Under the pieces are notes generated by a model that was not told the origin of the DNA, made no database searches, and was given only the letters and a program-made list of their open reading frames with translations. A program made the translations under genes and the position numbers. Shown piece after piece: positions 62,053 through 64,000 of a stretch of 64,000 nucleotides of DNA. The stretch is from an uncultured delta proteobacterium (GTDB taxonomy: Bacteria; Myxococcota; Kuafuiibacteriia; Kuafuiibacteriales; Kuafuiibacteriaceae): the NCBI GenBank assembly GCA_963803435.1, contig CAWDML010000003.1, positions 320,001-384,000 on the forward strand, read 5' to 3'. Each line of letters starts with the position of its first letter. The stretch's first letter is position 1.

Positions 62053-63669
62053 ATGAGGTTGGTTGCGCTGTTGGGATCGCTCTTTCTACTCACCGCCTGC
62101 GGCGGCGGCCAGAAGAGGACCGGCAACGGTGGAGTGCCGGCGAATGCACCCGAGTGGGTGTCGCGCGGGAGCGTCGTCCAGAAGGGATCGATCTACGGCG
62201 TCGGCTCGGTGTCCGGGATCGCGAACGCGCCGCTGGCGCAGGACACCGCGCGCAACCGGGCGCGGGCCGAGATCTCGCGGATCCTCGAGACCTACTCGGC
62301 GTCCTTGATGAAGGACTATCAGGCCTCGACGAGCGCCGGTGATCAGAGCGCCTCGTCCGAGGAGCAACGCGTCGAGCAGGCGATCAAGACCTTCTCCGCG
62401 AACCTCATGAACGGCACCGAGCAGAAGGACATGTGGCTCGACGGCAACCAGAACACCTGGTGGATCCTGGTCGAGCTCGACTTCGATCGTGCGCGCGAGG
62501 CCGCGGCGGCCCAGGCCCAGATGAGCAAGGGTCTCAAGGACTGGGTCGATCGAAACGGCGACAAGGTCCTCGGCGATCTCGAAGGCGAGACGCACGGTGG
62601 AGGCTCGGTCGGGTCGGATGATCCGCCGCCGTCGGCCGATCCGCCGCCGTCGGCCGATCCGCCGCCCCCTCCGAGGGATGAGGGGCCGCCGGCCAAGGTC
62701 GGTGGCGCCGCCCCGGCGTGGACGCAGGGCAACTGCGATCGCAAGACGTACCTCTGTGGTGTGGGCGACGGGCCCGACCGCAAGAGCGCCGACATCGATG
62801 CCCGGGCCGAGCTGGCGCGGATCTTCGAGTCCCACATCCAGTCCGTCGCGACCAGCTTCGAGGGGGCGGCCAGCACCATCAGCAACAAGACCGGCGAACA
62901 CTGGGTCGAAGTGCAGAAGGTCTCACAGTACTCCATGGTGTCGACCGACCGCGTGGTGACGATGTCCGAGATCATCGAGCGTTGGGACGATGGCAAGGGA
63001 CGGCTCTGGTCGCTGGCGGGGATCCACAAGGCCAAGGCAGGCGCCGCGCTCAGGGCTCAGATCGAGCAGAAGGACGACATCGTCTCGAGCGAGGTCTCAG
63101 CGGCGCGCGGCGAGTCCGACAAGCTGAAGCGTCTGCAGCACCTCAAGCGGGCGCTCGGCGCCTTCGCTGCGCGCGAGGCGATGAACTCGGATCTGATCGT
63201 GATCGACGGCCGCGGCGTCCCCGCGCCCGTGAAGCTCGCTGACCTGCTGGCACTCCTCGATCAAGCCTCCGGAGACCTGAAGCTGGTGATCGCGCTGTCA
63301 GGCAACGGCTCGGAGGCGGTGCGGGGCTGCCTGGAGCAGGCGCTCGGCGATCGCGGCTACCAGATCGAGGCCAACGCCGACGAGGACAGCGAGGACGAGC
63401 CCGAGGTGTCCGGAAAGTACGACGTCGTCATCAAGGGCACCGTCAAGAACGAGAAGCGCGGCAAGATCGGCAACAGCGAGGTCGTGATGACCACCGTGAC
63501 GCTCAAGCTGATCAACGGTCAGTCCGGGAAGACGCTCCGTACGATCACCGGGACCGAGAAGGGCTCGCGACGAACGGTGCAGGCTGCGGCCTCGACGTCC
63601 GCCGCGAAGATCTGCTCGCAGAAGGTCCCGAGTATGGTTCAGGACATCGATCGGTTCTTCGCGCGCTGA
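62053..63669 (+). CDS. Multi-domain lipoprotein with two LPP20-like domains
   Basis: Lipobox LTAC. APEWV..YGVGS..RARAEIS domain, a DPPPSA linker, a second APAWT..YLCGVG..ARAELARIF domain, a helical region and a C-terminal alpha/beta domain. Confidence 0.8.
   Translation: MRLVALLGSLFLLTACGGGQKRTGNGGVPANAPEWVSRGSVVQKGSIYGVGSVSGIANAPLAQDTARNRARAEISRILETYSASLMKDYQASTSAGDQSASSEEQRVEQAIKTFSANLMNGTEQKDMWLDGNQNTWWILVELDFDRAREAAAAQAQMSKGLKDWVDRNGDKVLGDLEGETHGGGSVGSDDPPPSADPPPSADPPPPPRDEGPPAKVGGAAPAWTQGNCDRKTYLCGVGDGPDRKSADIDARAELARIFESHIQSVATSFEGAASTISNKTGEHWVEVQKVSQYSMVSTDRVVTMSEIIERWDDGKGRLWSLAGIHKAKAGAALRAQIEQKDDIVSSEVSAARGESDKLKRLQHLKRALGAFAAREAMNSDLIVIDGRGVPAPVKLADLLALLDQASGDLKLVIALSGNGSEAVRGCLEQALGDRGYQIEANADEDSEDEPEVSGKYDVVIKGTVKNEKRGKIGNSEVVMTTVTLKLINGQSGKTLRTITGTEKGSRRTVQAAASTSAAKICSQKVPSMVQDIDRFFAR
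62620..62666 (+). repeat. 18-bp in-frame tandem repeat (DPPPSA x2.6)
   Basis: GATCCGCCGCCGTCGGCC repeated twice plus a partial third copy. Confidence 0.85.
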
Positions 63670-64000
63670 TCGAGGATCTCGCGGACCGCCCGCCCGAGGA
63701 CGTCCGGGGTGAACGGCTTCTGGAGCATGTGCGTCCCGGGATCGAGCACCCCCCGATGCAGGATCGTGTTTTCCGTGTAGCCGGAGACGAACAGCACCTC
63801 GACGTGGGGCTGGCGCTCGCGAATCCGCTCGGAGAGCTCTTTCCCGCTCATGTTCGGCATGACCACGTCGGTGACCAGGAGGTCGAATCCGCTCCTTCAT
63901 CCTCTCGACCAGCTCCAGGGCCTCGGGTCCGCTCGCCGCCGCCAGCACGCGATAGCCGTAGCGCTGGAGGGCACGAACCGTCAGCTTGCGCACCTGGTCG
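63639..64000 (-). CDS. C-terminal receiver domain, probably of a hybrid histidine kinase (5' end outside the window; apparent +1 frameshift ~63886)
   Basis: VRKLTVRALQRYGYRVLAAASGPEAL..[I]DLLVTDVVMPNMSGKEL..VLFVSGY..LQKPFT. Confidence 0.85.

Noticed and set aside
62620-62666. Direct repeats as a possible CRISPR array
   Set aside because: Adjacent 18-bp in-frame repeats with no spacers encode a Pro-rich linker. No cas genes are in the window.

Overview
High-GC (roughly 70% by eye) bacterial chromosome segment. Its gene content (FHA-sigma54 activator next to a Ser/Thr kinase, Cys-rich lipoproteins, alpha-2-macroglobulin/PBP1C) points to a Myxococcota/Deltaproteobacteria host (inference). 1-38.5 kb is a mixed signalling, metabolic and envelope region: a two-domain kinase, FHA-EBP, purC, aryl-CoA ligase plus creatininase, scpA, a lipase, a large Ig-repeat/beta-propeller lipoprotein, A2M-pbpC, an MMPL transporter, an ECF-sigma2/DUF4442 fusion, an rlmM-like gene and a stand-alone nuoM-nuoN pair. 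38.9-56.1 kb is the str-S10-spc-alpha ribosomal superoperon. It lacks rplC, rpsN, rpsD, map and infA, has an EF-Tu with a non-canonical switch I, and has a ~360-nt structured leader. 56.3-63.7 kb is a seven-gene exported-protein operon: three LPP20-like lipoproteins, a PDZ-less S1 protease, a CsgG/FlgT-like protein, an LpoB-like lipoprotein and a COG3014-like lipoprotein. This operon is the best candidate for an uncharacterised envelope system. About ten single-base +1 insertions, one of them in the essential rpoA, break genes and are most likely long-read sequencing errors. No tRNA, rRNA, CRISPR array or transposase was seen. All family assignments come from recognising motifs by eye, not from database searches.
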